From Mustelus asterias (lineage: Eukaryota), in NCBI RefSeq assembly GCF_964213995.1, contig NC_135808.1:20584001-20648000 (forward strand): DNA of 64,000 nt. Reading direction: 5' to 3'. Positions 50,725 through 63,793 of this stretch are shown here, in pieces; position 1 is the first letter of the stretch, and the number at the start of each line of letters is the position of its first letter. The notes under the pieces were generated by a model that worked only from the letters and a program-made list of their open reading frames with translations, was not told where the DNA came from and did no database searches. Made by a program: the position numbers and the translations under genes.

Positions 50725-52095
50725 GCTGGTGTAGTGGTATTGGCATTGGACTAGCAATTCGGGGATCCACGGTAATGCTCTGTGGACCCGGGATCGAATC
50801 CCACCACGGCAGATGGTGAAATTTGTAATCAATTTTTAAAAAATCCAGAACTAAAACTCCAGTGATCATCATGAAACCATTGTCGATTGTGGTAAAAACC
50901 CATCTGGTTCACTAATGTCCCTTTAGGGAAGATAATCTGCCGTCCTTACCTGGTCTGGCCTACATGTGACTCCAGATCCACAGCAATGTGGTTGACTCTC
51001 AACTGCCCTCTGAAACTCAGTTCAAGGGCAATTAGGAATGGGCAATAAATGCTGTCCTAATCAGTGATGCCAGTGAATGAATTTAAAAAGTACTTCCCTC
51101 ACCCATCCAGATTCACCAATCAGTCCACCAGACAATCTCAGTGAGGTCCCCGTTAAATGATAACAGCCATTATTATCCCCTTATAGCCTGATAACAGAAA
51201 CACAAAAGATAAAGGCTATTCAGAGATGATCACTTTGCTGTGATGTCCCGCTCACAATTAGTTGATGTATTTCCTGCACACTTTATTTTAACTCATTTGA
51301 GGGACATGGGTGTCGCTGGCTGGCCAGCATTTATTGCCCATCCCTAGTTGCCCTTGACAAGGTGGTGGTGAGCTGCCACCTTCATCGCTGCAGTTCATGT
51401 TCTACGGGTTGACCCACAATGCCATTAGGGAGGGAATTCCAGGATTTTGACCCAGCGACTGCGAAGGAACGATGATATATTTCCAAGTCAGGATGGTGAG
51501 TGGTTGGAAGGCAACTTGCAGATGGTGGTGTTCCCATTTATCTGCTGTCCATGTCCTTCTCGATGCAAGTGGTGTCTGGGGTGTTATCTGTAAGCTATGA
51601 TACAGTGCGGATGACTATGTCAGGCTGTTGCATGACTAGTCTGTGGGACAGCTCTCCCAATTTTGGCACTCGCCCCCCAGATGTTGTAAGGAGGACTTTG
51701 CAGGGTCGACAGGGCCGTTTGTTTTGCCGTTGTCTTTTCCGGTGCCTCGGTCGATGGCAAGTGGTCCGTCCGGTTTCATTTAGAGACTTCGTAGCGATTG
51801 ATACAACTGAGTAGCTTGCTGGGCCATTTCAGAGGGCAGTTGAGGCTCTAGAGTCACATGTAGGCCAGATCATATAAGGACTGCAGATTTCCCTCCCTAA
51901 AGGACACTAGTGAACCAGATGGGTTTTTCCGACAATCAACAAAGGTTTCATGGTCATCAGTAGATTCTTAATTCCAGATATTTTTTATTGAACTCAAATT
52001 CCACCAGCTGCTGTGGTGGGATTTGAACCCGGGTCCCCAGAACATTGGCTGAGTTTCTGGATTAATAGTCTAGTGATAATACGACTAGGCCATCA
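50725..52095. mobile_element. Deu-domain SINEs (50725-51088 plus, 51845-52095 minus) and LINE remnant
   Basis: Same head and core as the 2316 copy. Confidence 0.72.
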
Positions 52096-52213
52096 CCTTC
52101 CCTGACTGCATATCAAACATTACTCTGGCTACTAAGTGGCGATTGCGAAAAGGACTGTATAAATGTAAATCTTTCATTTGCCTTCATGATGAGTTGCTTT
52201 TAAATAGAGAGGT

Positions 52214-52670
52214 GCGTGTGTGTGTGTGTGTGTGTGTGTATCTGTCTGTCAGTGTGTGTGTGTGTCTGTCTGTTTGTCAGTGTGTGTGGGAGTGTGTGTG
52301 TGTGTCTGTGCATCAGTATGTCAGTGTGTGTGTTTGTGTGGGAGTGTGGGGTGAGTGTATGTGCGTGTGTGTAAATGTCTGCTTGTGTGTGTATGTCAGT
52401 GTGTGTGTATTAGTGTGTGTGTGGGTGTATGTGTGGGTGTGTATCGGTGTGTGTCTGTCAGTGTGTGTCTGTCAGTGTGTGTGTGTCTGTGTGTGTGTGT
52501 GTGTGTGTCTGTGGGTGTGTGTGTCTGTCAGTGTGTGTGTGTGTTTGTCTGTCAGTGTGTGTAGGTGTGTGTGTGTCAGTGTGTGTGTCAGTGTGTGTGT
52601 GTGTGTGTCTGTGGGTGTGTGTGACTGTCAGTGTGTGTGTGTTTGTCTCTCAGTGTGTGTATGTGTGTGT
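52214..52670. repeat. Imperfect (TG)n microsatellite abutting an assembly gap
   Basis: Direct reading. Confidence 0.97.
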
Positions 52671-53041
52671 NNNNNNNNNNNNNNNNNNNNNNNNNNNNNN
52701 NNNNNNNNNNNNNNNNNNNNNNNNNNNNNNNNNNNNNNNNNNNNNNNNNNNNNNNNNNNNNNNNNNNNNNNNNNNNNNNNNNNNNNNNNNNNNNNNNNNN
52801 NNNNNNNNNNNNNNNNNNNNNNNNNNNNNNNNNNNNNNNNNNNNNNNNNNNNNNNNNNNNNNNNNNNNNNNNNNNNNNNNNNNNNNNNNNNNNNNNNNNN
52901 NNNNNNNNNNNNNNNNNNNNNNNNNNNNNNNNNNNNNNNNNNNNNNNNNNNNNNNNNNNNNNNNNNNNNNNNNNNNNNNNNNNNNNNNNNNNNNNNNNNN
53001 NNNNNNNNNNNNNNNNNNNNNNNNNNNNNNNNNNNNNNNNN
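52671..53041. other. Assembly gap (N run)
   Basis: Ns. Confidence 1.
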
Positions 53042-53294
53042 CGCTGCCTCACAGACCCTGCTGACTGCACTGGGTTTCCAATTGTCTCTGTCACCTCCCC
53101 TCCCTCACCCCCCCATTCTCAGCCGGAGTTTTTTTTAATCTCTCTTTCTAGTTAATTTTGTAAACAGGATGCTGAGGAGGAACCTGAAGTTCAACCCTGT
53201 GACTTCCTTCAAACACACAGTTACTGAGCTTCACAGGGTCATGACCAATGGCTGCACCCAAGACCTGGAGCGGATCATGCCGCGACTCGGGTGG

Positions 53295-54360
53295 AACACA
53301 AAGAACATAAGCAGAAGTAGGCCATTCGGCCCATCGAGTCTGCCCCACCATTCAATGAGATTATGACTGAGCTGATAATCCTCACCTCCACTTTCCCGCC
53401 TTATCTCCATAACCCTCGATTCCCTTACTGATTAAAAATCTCTCTATCTCAGCCTTGAACATACTTAAGGACCCAGCCTCGACAGCCCTCTGTGGTAAAG
53501 AATTCCACACATTCACTACCCTCTGAGAGAAGAAATTCCTCCTCATCTCTGTCTTCAATGGGTGACCCCTTACTCTGAGATTATGCCTCTGGTCCTGGAC
53601 CCTCCCACAAGAGGCAACAGCCTCTCAGCAAGACCCCCTGAGAATCCGATATGTCGCAATAAGGTCGCCTCTTGTTCTTCTAAACTCCAGTGAGTACAGG
53701 GCCAACCTACTCAACCTCTCCTCACAAGAAAATCCCTCCATATTTCTGATCAACCTAATGGACTGCCTCCAATGTCAGTATATCTTTCCTTAGATAAGGG
53801 GATGAAAGCTGTTCACAGTATTCCACCTGTGGTCTAACTGGTGCCCTGTATAGTTTTAGCAAGATTTCCATATTTTTTTACTCCATTCCCTTTGAATTAA
53901 AGGCCAACATTTCATTTGGCTTCCCAATTATCTGCTGAACTTGAATGCTGGCTTTTTGTGATTTATGCACCAAGATCCCCAGACCCCTCAGTGCTGCCGC
54001 TTTCTGAAGTCTTTCTCCATTTAAATAATATTCAGCGCCTTTACTTTTCCGACCAAAGTGCAGAACTTCACATATTCCTGCTTTATATTCCATCTACCAA
54101 GTTTGTGTGCCTTCTCACTCAACCTGTCTATATCCGTCTGTAGACTCTTTGTATCATCCTCACCAGTTGCCTTTCAGCCTATTTTTGTACCATCCTCATA
54201 CTTGGATCAGTACATTCACGTCCCCCGGCCAAGTCATTAATATATATTGTAAATGATTGCAGTCCCAAGACTGATCTCCGTGGCACTGCTCTAGTTGCAG
54301 GCTGCCGTCCTGAAAATGCCCCTCTTATTCCTCTTCATCCTCTATCAGTGAACCAATCCT
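53295..54360 (-). mobile_element. Degenerate CR1 RT fragment
   Basis: MEYKAGICEVLHFGRK, CR1 tail. Followed by an alternative-tail V-SINE at 54365-54650 (minus). Confidence 0.85.
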
Positions 54361-54650
54361 TTTCAAAGTTTGAAGTTTATTTATTAGTGTCACAAGTAGG
54401 CTTACATTAACACTGCAATGAATTTGCTGTAAAAATCCCCTCGTCGCCACGCTTTGGCACCTGTTCGGGTACACTGAGGCAGAACTTAGCGTGGCCAATG
54501 CACCTAACTAGCATGTCTTTCGGACTGTGGGAGGAAATCAGACACTGGGAGAACGTGCAGACTCTGCCAGACAGTGACCCAAGCTGGGAACCAAACCTGG
54601 ATCCCTGGCTCTGTGAGGCAGCAGTGCTAACTACTGTGCCACCATGCTCT

Positions 54651-57600
54651 ATAAGAACATAAGAAATAGGAGCAGGAGTAGGCCATCTAGCCCCTCGAGC
54701 CTGCCCCGCCATTCAATAAGATCATGACTGATCTGAAGTGAATCAGTTCCACTTACCCGCCTGCTCCCCATAACCCTTTATTCCCTTACCGATCAGGAAT
54801 CTATCTATCCGTGACTTAAACAAATTCAACGAGGTAGCCTCCACCACTTCAGTGGGCAGAGAATTCCAGAGATTCACCACCCTCTGAGAGAAGAAGTTCC
54901 TCCTCAACTCTGTCCTAAACTGACCCCCCTTTATTTTGAGGCTGTGCCCTCTAGTTCTGGTTTCCTTTCTAAGTGGAAAGAATCTCTCCACTTCTACCCT
55001 ATCCAGCCCCTTCATTATCTTATATGCCTCTATAAGATCACCCCTCAGCCTTCTAAACTCCAACGAGTACAAACCTAATCTGCTCAATCTCTCCTCATAA
55101 TCTACACCCCTCGTCTCCGGTATCAACCTGGTGAACCTTCTCTGCACTCCCTCCAAGGCCAATATATCCTTTTGCAAGTAAGGGGACCAAAACTGCACAC
55201 AGTATTCCAGCTGCGGCCTCACCAATGCCTTGTACAGATGCAGCAAGACTTCTCTGCTTTTATATTCTATCTCCCTCGTGATAAATGCCAACATCCCATT
55301 TGCCTTCTTGATCACCTGTTGAAAATGCAGACTGAGTTTTTGCGACTCATGCACAAGGACCCCCAGGTCCCTTTGCACAGTAACATGTTGTAATTTTTTT
55401 CCATTTAAATAATAATCCAATTTGCTATTATTTCTTCCAAAGTGAACAACCTCGCATTTGCCAACGTTATACTCCATCTGCCAGATCCTCGCCCACTCAC
55501 TCAGCCTATCCAAATCTCTCTGCAGACCTTCCACTTCCTCCACGCAATTCACTTTCCCACTTATCTTAGTGTCGTCAGCAAACTTTGATACCCTACACTC
55601 AGTCCCCTCCTCCAGATCATCTATGTAAATAGTAAACAGTTGAGGCCCCAGTACTGATCCCTGCGGCACGCCACTAGTCACCAGCTGCCAACCAGAAAAG
55701 CACCCATTTATTCCAATTCTCTGCTTCCTGTTGGATAGCCAATCCCCAATCCACGCTAACACCCTACCCCCAACTCCGTGTACCCTAATCTTCTGCAACA
55801 ACCTTTTGTGAGGCACCTTATCGAATGCCTTTTGGAAATCTAAAAACACCGCATCCACCGGTTCCCCTCTGTCAACCGCACTAGTCACATCTTCATAAAA
55901 ATCCAGTAAGTTCGTCAAACACGACTTTCCCGTCATGAATCCATGCTGCATCTGCTTGATTGAACCATTCTTATCCAGATGTCTTGCTATTTCCTCTTTA
56001 ATGATGGATTCCAGCATTTTCCCAACTACAGACGTTAAGCTAACCGGCCTGTAGTTACCCACCTTTTACTTCCTTTTTTAAACAGCGGCGTAACATTAGC
56101 CATTTTCCAATCAGCGGCAGTACCCCAGAGTCCAGTGAATTTTGATGAATAACCACTAACCCATCCGCTATTACCTCTGACATTTCTTTCAGTACCCTGG
56201 GATGCATTCCATCCGGGCCCGGGGACTTGTCCACTTCAGTCCCGTTAGTCTACCAAGCACTGCCTCTCTGGTAACATTAATTGTATTGAGTATCTCTCCT
56301 CCTACCAATACTCGATCGTTAATATTCGGTAAACTATTTGTGTCTTCCACCGTGAAGACCGACACAAAAAACCTATTTCAAGTCTCAGCCATTTTCTCGT
56401 TTTCCACTATTAAATCCCCCCTCTCGTCCTCCAAGGGTCCAACATTCACTCTAGCCACTCTATTCCTTTTTATATATTTGTAAAAACTTTAACAATTATT
56501 TTTTATGTTTAGAGCTAGTTTAGTTTCATAATCTATCTTTCCTTTCTTTATCGCTTTCTTAGTCGTTCTTTGTTGTTTTTTAAAGCTTTCCCAATCTTCT
56601 AAGTCTCCACTATTTTTGGCCACTCTGTACGCATCGGTTTTTAATTTAATACTCTCCTTAATTTCCTTTGTTATCCACGGCTGGTCATCCCTTTTCTTAC
56701 AGTCCTTCTTTATCACCGGAATATATTGTTGCTGAGTACTGAAAAAGATCTCCTTAAAAATCGTCCACTGTTCCTCAGCTGTCCTACCTACCAGTCTGCT
56801 CCCCCTGTCCACCCTAGCCAATTCAGCTCTCATCCTATCGTACTCCCCTCTGTTCAAGCAGAGGACATTGGTTTGGGACCCTACTTTCTCCCCCTCCAAC
56901 TGCACCAGAAATTCGACCATATTGTGATCACTCGACCCAAGAGGGTCCTTCACAAGAAGATCCTTAATTCTACCTGTCTCGTTACACATTACCAGATCTA
57001 AGATAACTCGTTCCCTCATAGGTTCTGTAACATACTGTTCAAGGAAACTGTCCCGACAGCATTCTAAGAACGCTTCCTCCATCCCACTCCTTCCAACACA
57101 AGTCAGCCAATCAATATGCAGGTCAAAATCCCCCATGATTATTGCCGTTCCGTTTTTGCACGCATCCATTATTTGTTTGTTTATAGCCCTCCCCACCTCA
57201 ACATTATTATTTGGGGACCTATAGACCACATTTACTAGTGTCTTTCTCCCCCTACTATTCCTTATCTCCACCCATAATGATTCCACGTTTTGCTCCTTAG
57301 AGCCTATGTCGTCCCTCACTACTACCCTGATATTATCCTTTATTGTAAGAAGTCTCACAACACCAGGTTAAAGTCCAACAGGTTTATTTGGTAGCAAATA
57401 CCATAAGCTTTCAGAGCAATGCTCCTTCGTCAGATGGAGTGGTCTCTGTTCTCAAACAGGGCACAGACACAGAAATCAAATTACAGAATACTGATTAGAA
57501 TGTAAATCTCTACAGCCAGCCAGGTCTTAAGGTACTGTTTTCTACTGTGGTACCGGGGGAGGCTTGGTTGCTGCTAGAGATGGTTGCGGCTGTAGAGATT

Positions 57601-58005
57601 TACATTCTAATCAGTATTCTGTAATTTGATTTCTGTGTCTGTGCCCTGTTTGAGAACAGATATCCACTCCATCTGACGAAGGAGCATTGCTCCGAAAGCT
57701 TATGGTATTTGCTACCAAATAAACCTGTTGGACTTTAACCTGGTGTTGTGAGACTTCTTACTGTGCTTACCCCAGTCCAACGCCGGCATCTCCACATCAT
57801 TATCCTTTATTAACAGAGCTACCCCACCACCTTTTCCATCCTGTCTATCCTTCCTAAATGCCTGATACCCCTGGATATTCATCTCCCAGTCCTGGTCACC
57901 CTGTAACCACGTTTCTGTAATGGCCACTAGATCGTACCCATTTGTGCTGATTTGTGCCATCAACTCGTTTACTTTGTTCCGAATGCTTCGTGCATTCAGA
58001 TCCAT
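54651..58005 (-). mobile_element. Near-complete CR1/HER1 LINE ORF2 (AP endonuclease + reverse transcriptase), disrupted
   Basis: LNARSIRNK..AITETWL..GGGVAL (EN), MGDF, SDHNMV, then a 439-aa RT frame with NYRPVSLTS, DFQKAFDKV, GVPQGSVLGP, KFADDTK. Confidence 0.95.
57345..57798. mobile_element. Palindromic Penelope-derived element (family A) with two hammerhead cores, inserted in the CR1 endonuclease
   Basis: ~170-bp inverted arms. TSD attatcctttatt at 57332-57344 and 57799-57811. Cores at 57409-57433 (minus) and 57673-57697 (plus). Confidence 0.85.
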
Positions 58006-58014
58006 AGATCCATA

Positions 58015-58880
58015 GAAAAGTTCCACACTTACATACTACCTCCAACACATGGGCTTTTATCTTATTAAGTAGACTTTTGTCGCGATATGTTATCGAATGC
58101 TTTTTGGAAATCCAAGTATACTACATCTACCAGTTCCCCTTTATCTATCCGGCTCATTACCATCTCGGAGAATTCTAATAAATTTGCCAGGGATAATTTC
58201 CCCTTCCTAAAGCTGTGCTGATGCTGCTTGATCATATTATGCATTCCTAATTTCTCTGCTATTACATCCTTTATAACAGATTGTAACATTTTCCAAAGAC
58301 AGATTTTAAGTTAACTGGAATATAGTTACCTGTTTTTGTCTCCCTGCCTTTTTGAAGAAGGATGCTACATTGTTTTCCAATTCTCAGGAACGTTTCCAGA
58401 ATTTAAGGATCCTTGGCAGATTAAGTAAGTTTATTTATTAGTGTTATGAGTAGGCTAACATTAACACTGCAATGAAGTTACTGTGAAAATCCCGTGAGTC
58501 ACCACACTCCAGCACCTTTTTGGGTACATGGAGGGAGAATTTAGCATGGCCAATGCACCTAAGCAGCATGTCTTTCAGACTGTGAGAGGAAACCGGAGCA
58601 CCAGAAGGAAACCCATGCAGACACGGGGAGAACCTGAGTCCCTGGCGCTGTGAAGTGGCAGTCCTAACCACTGTACCACCACGCCGCCCCTACCAGTGCA
58701 TTCACTATTTCTGTAGCTACTTCCTTTAATATCGGTGGATGCAACCCATCAGGCCCAGGGGATTTATCGGCCTTTAGCTCCATTAGTTTCCCTCTAGTGA
58801 TAGCTTTGTATTTATTTTCTCGTCCCCTTTTCCCCATCAATTATTTAGCATACTTGGTATGTTATTAGTGTCTTCCACGT
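58015..58880 (-). mobile_element. Degenerate CR1 RT fragment with alternative-tail V-SINE (58422-58690)
   Basis: VDVVYLDFQKAFD. Confidence 0.8.
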
Positions 58881-59283
58881 GCCACACGGCATTCCAAAAA
58901 ATACGACGGTATCTCTTTGATAGGTGTTAAGTTACAGTAGGCTTATCAAAGGCAACTTAAAGAGATAATAGTCCATCTTCCACTGGTCTGGGTAATGTAT
59001 GGTTAAGCTGAATTAATTCAATATGTTTCAAAGACCCCACGCCTTCTTCTGACCCTAAATCGAATAGGACACAAGCTAGAAATCTGAAATAAAAGCAGGA
59101 AATGCTGGAGCTACCCAACTGGTCAGGCAGCATCAGTGGAGAGAGAAAGAGAGTTAATGTTACGGGTCCATTCATCAGAAAGTCCCATTGAAAGGTCACA
59201 CACCTTCATTCCATTTTCTCTCTCCACAGATGCTGACGGACCTGCTGAGTCTATTTTCTCCCCAGCGTTTGCTTTTGTTTTAC

Positions 59284-60358
59284 TAGAATCACAGAATCCC
59301 TGCAATGCAGAAGAGGCCATTTGGCCCATTGACCCTCTGAAGGAGCCCTCTACCTCGGCTCAATCCCCCACTCCACACCCATAACTCCGCACCCAATCCA
59401 TCCAACATGCAAATCCTAGACATCAAGGGGCAATTTAGCATGGCTAATCAACCTAACCTGCACATCTTTGGACTGTGGGAGGAAACCGGAGCACCCGAAG
59501 GAAACCCACACAGACACGGGGAGAACGTGCAAACTCCACACAGACAGTCACCCGAGGCTGGAATTGAACCGGGTTCCCTGGTGCTGTGAGGCAGCACACT
59601 GTCACTGTGCTGCCTCTGCTGCTCCTGAATATCATTGCAGTACATTGCACCGGGTAAGTCCATCAAGATTTAAAGACATCCAGGGTGGGAGGATTGGGGG
59701 CGGGGTGGGGGGAGAAAAGTGAACTTCAGCCAGAAAACTGACAGGATTGGGTACAATTTCAGTTCTATCGCCGTCTGGTTTTGCTCTCCATTGAAGTCAA
59801 CAAAAAATACTGCACAAAATGGAAAGTCAGCATTCTACCAGATCCCATGCGCATCTCACTCAGTGAGTTAAGTTAAAATAAGAAACCCTGAATCCATAGA
59901 ATTCCTACTGTGCAGAAGGAAGCCATTTGGCCCTGCAAGTCTGCACTCTCTGAAAGAGCATCTGACCCAGAACCGCGCCAGTCCCTGGAGTGAATGGAGA
60001 TTTCACCGGGCGGCACGGTAGCACAGTGGTTAGCACTGCTGCTTCACAGCTCCAGGGACCTGGGTTCGATTCCCGGCTTTGGGTCACTGTCTGTGTGGAG
60101 TTTGCACATTCTCCTCGTGTCTGCGTGGGTTTCCTCCGGGTGCTCCGGTTTCCTCCCACAGTCCAAAAGATTTGCGGGTTAGGTTGATTGGCCATGCTAC
60201 AAATTGCCCCTTGGTGTCCTGAGATGTGTAGATTAGAGGGATTAGCGGGTAAAATATGTAGGGATATGGGGGTAGGGTCTGGGTGGGATTGTGGTCGGTG
60301 CAGACTCGATGGGCCTAATGGCCTCTTTCTGCACTGTAGGTGTCTGTGATTCTATGAT
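59284..60358. mobile_element. HE1-like SINEs (59284-59612 minus, 60008-60358 plus)
   Basis: Heads, V-domains and tails. Confidence 0.85.
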
Positions 60359-60535
60359 TTGGCTGAGCACTAAATTATCTGTTCTTACTGACAGTGGTAA
60401 TAGGGCGCGCGAGATTGGAGAATTCCAGCCCTTGCCTTATTGCCAAAATTCAGGCACCCCCTTATTCCGCCCCCCCCCCCCCACCCCCATTGCCCTGTAC
60501 TCAGTGTCTTTAGCCATTTCGTGATATCACAGAGA

Positions 60536-61022
60536 TTTTGATTTGATTTGATTTAATTTGTCACATATATTAGTATGCAGTGAAAACTATTATTTCTTAC
60601 ATGCTATACAGACAAAGCATACCGTTCATAGAGAAGGAAAGGAGAGAGTGCAGAATGTTGTGGTCCAATCATAGCTAGGGTGTAGAGAAAGATCAACTTA
60701 ATGCGAGGTAGGTCCATTCAAAAGTCTGACAGCAGCAAGGAAGAAGCTGTTCTTGAGTCGGTTGGTACGTGACCTCAGACTTTTGTATCTTTTTCCCGAA
60801 GGAAGAAGGTGGAAGAGAGAATGTTCGGGGTGCGTGGGGTCCTTAATTATGCTGGCTGCTTTGCTGAGGCAGCGGGATGTGTAGACAGAGTCAACGGATG
60901 GGAGGCTGGTTTGTGTGATGGATTGGGCTACATGCACGACACTTTGTAGTTCCTTGTGGTCTTGGGCAGAGCAGGAGCCACACCAAGCTGTGATACAACC
61001 AGAAAGAATGCTTTCTATGGTA
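60536..61022 (-). mobile_element. Rex1/Babar-type LINE 3' fragment
   Basis: IESILSGCITAWCG..RLKNSFF. Confidence 0.88.
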
Positions 61023-61179
61023 ACTGAATGGAATTGTTTCAGGACTGGCATCTTCAGTGCTGGGAGACCTCCTGAGGAAGCCATGATGAGTCATCCATTT
61101 AGCACTTCTGGTTGAAGATAGTTGCGAATTTTTCAGCTTTATCTTTTGTACTGACGTGCTGGGCACGCCCATCACTGAG

Positions 61180-63424
61180 AACAAAGAACAAAGAACAATA
61201 CAGCACAGGAACAGGCCCTTCGGCCCTCCAAGCCCGCGCCGCTCCCCGGTCCAGGATTGAATCCTGAATCCAGGATCCCCGCCCAATTTTCCAGCCTATC
61301 TACATACCAATATCCTATCCACCGAGCTGTCCCTCACAGCTACGATGCTTTGTTCATTACAACCTATTAACTTACCCCCACCCCCCCATTCCAGACCATG
61401 TGATCTCCAGGGAGAGGCGAAAACCCAGAGTGAAAAACCCCAGGGCCAATATGGGGAAAAAAAAATCTGGGAAATTCCTCTCCGACCCCCTGAGGCGATC
61501 GAAACGAGTCCAGGAGATCACAATGGCCCCGATCGGAAAATGCTTCCCAACCCTAGTCATTTCCACTTCCACGAACACCATATGAATCCCCTGCCCCCGA
61601 GACAGGTTCCCAACTATCCGCAGTCTCGCTCTGTACTGGCACCAGCAAGATGATCGTAGAATGAAGCCTTGAAACGAGAAAACAGGAACAATTAGCCCCC
61701 GCCGCTCCCTGGTCCAAACTAGATCACTCTTTTGTATCCCTCCATTCCCACTCCGTTCATATAGCTGTCTAGATAAGTCTTAAACGTTCCCAGTGTGTCC
61801 GCCTCCACCACCTTGCCCGGCAACACATTCCAGGCCCCCACGACCCTCTGTGTGAAATATGTCCTTCTGATATCTGTGTTAAACCTCCCCCCCTTCACCT
61901 TGAACCTATGACCCCTCGTGAACGTCACCACCGACCCGGGGAAAAGCTTCCCACCGTTCACCCTATCTATGCCTTTCATAATTTTATACACCTCTATTAA
62001 GTCTCCCCTCATCCTCCGTCTTTCCAAGGAGAACAACCCCAGTTTCCTCAATCTCTCCTCATAACCAAGCCCCTCCATACCAGGCAACATCCTGGTAAAC
62101 CTCCTCTGCACTCTCTCCAAAGCCTCCACGTCCTTCTGGTAGTGTGGCGACCAGAACTGGACGCAGTATTCCAAATGCGGCCGAACCAACGTTCTATACA
62201 TCTGCAACATCAGACCCCAACTCTTATACTCTATGCCCCGTCCTATAAAGGCAAGCATGCCATATGCCTTCTTCACCACCTTCTCCACCTGTGACGTCAC
62301 CTTCAAAGATCTGTGGACTTGCACACCCAGGTCCCTCTGCATCTCTACACCCTTTATGGTTCTTCCATTTATCGTGTAGCTCCTCCCTACATTATTCCCA
62401 CCAAAATGCATCACTTCGCATTTATCAGCATTGAACTCCATCTGCCATTTCCTTGCCCAAATTTCCAGCCTATCTATATCCTTCTGTAGCCTCTGACAAT
62501 GTTCCTCACTATCTGCAAGTCCTGCCAGTTTTGTGTCGTCCGCAAACTTACTGATCACCCCAGTTACTCCTTCTTCCAGATCATTTATATAAATCACAAA
62601 CAGCAGAGGTCCCAATACAGAGCCCTGCGGTACACCACTAGTCACAGGCCTCCAGCCGGAAAAAGACCCTTCCACTACCACCCTCTGTCTTCTATGACCA
62701 AGTAAGAAGTTTAACAACACCAGGTTAAAGTCCAACAGGTTTATTTGGTAGCAAAAGCCACACAAGCTTTCGAGGCTCTGAGCCCCTTCTTCAGGTGAGT
62801 GGGAATTCTGTTCACAAACAGAACTTATAAGACACAGACTCAATTTACATGAATAATGGTTGGAATGCGAATACTTACAACTAATCCAGTCTTTAAGAAA
62901 CAAAACAATGGGAGTGGAGAGAGCATCAAGACAGGCTAAAAAGATGTGTATTGTCTCCAGACAAGACAGCCAGTGAAACTCTGCAGGTCCACGCAACTGT
63001 GGGAGTTACAAATAGTGTGACATAAATTCTGATTCTAGGATCGCATGATAAAGACTCAGGAGGAAAAAAGCAGAAATATTTATGTGAAATAGTGTGACAT
63101 AAACCCAATATCCCGGTTGAGGCCGTCCTTGTGTGTGCGGAACCTGGCTATCAGTTTCTGCTCCGCGACTCTGCGCTGTCGTGTGTCGCGAAGGCCGCCT
63201 TGGAGAACGCTTACCCGAATATCAGAGGCCGAATGCCCGTGACCGCTGAAGTGCTCCCCAACAGGAAGAGAACAGTCTTGCCTGGTGATTGTCGAGCGGT
63301 GTTCATTCATCCGTTGTCGCAGCGTCTATGACCAAGCCAGTTCTCCACCCATCTAGCCACCTCCCCCTTTATCCCATGGGATCCAACCTTTTTCACTAGC
63401 CTACCATGAGGGACTTTGTCAAAC
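61180..63424 (-). mobile_element. CR1 LINE RT fragment with long 3' UTR, interrupted by a Penelope-like element
   Basis: GVPQGSVLGP, KFADDTK, LVRPHLEYCVQFWSP. The N-terminus of ORF 61719-62996 is Penelope sequence. Confidence 0.92.
62703..63324 (-). mobile_element. Penelope-like element 3' end (GIY-YIG C-terminus + pLTR with hammerhead core)
   Basis: MNEHRSTITR..GEHF..VAEQKLIARFRT. TSD tctatgaccaag on both sides. CTGAAGA..GAAA at 62768-62794. Confidence 0.88.
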
Positions 63425-63793
63425 TGAACTGAGGATGGAGATAGTTATGGAACCTCCTCCTCCAGTTTGTTGTTCAATTGTCCACCAGCATACACGCTCG
63501 GGTGTGGCAGGACTGCAGAGCTTAAGCTGATCTGCTGGTTGTGGGATTGCTTAGCTATGTCTATTGCGTGCTGCTTCCTCAGTTTGGTTTTTGAAGGCAT
63601 CCTGTGTTGTTGCCTCACTAGGTTCATAGAATCATAGAATCCCTACAGTGCAGAAGGAGGCCATTCGGCTCTTTGAGTCTACACTGACAACAATCCCACC
63701 TAAACGCTATTCCCACAACTCCACACATTTACTCGGCTAATCCCTCCAATTTACACATCCCGGGAATCTAAGGGGCAATTTAGCATGGTCAAT

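Noticed and set aside
52143-53155. Cys/Val-rich ORFs
   Set aside because: (TG)n repeat read through an N gap
54743-56062. 439-aa and 425-aa (61719-62996) RT ORFs as host genes or active LINEs
   Set aside because: CR1 ORF2 pieces broken by frameshifts and Penelope insertions
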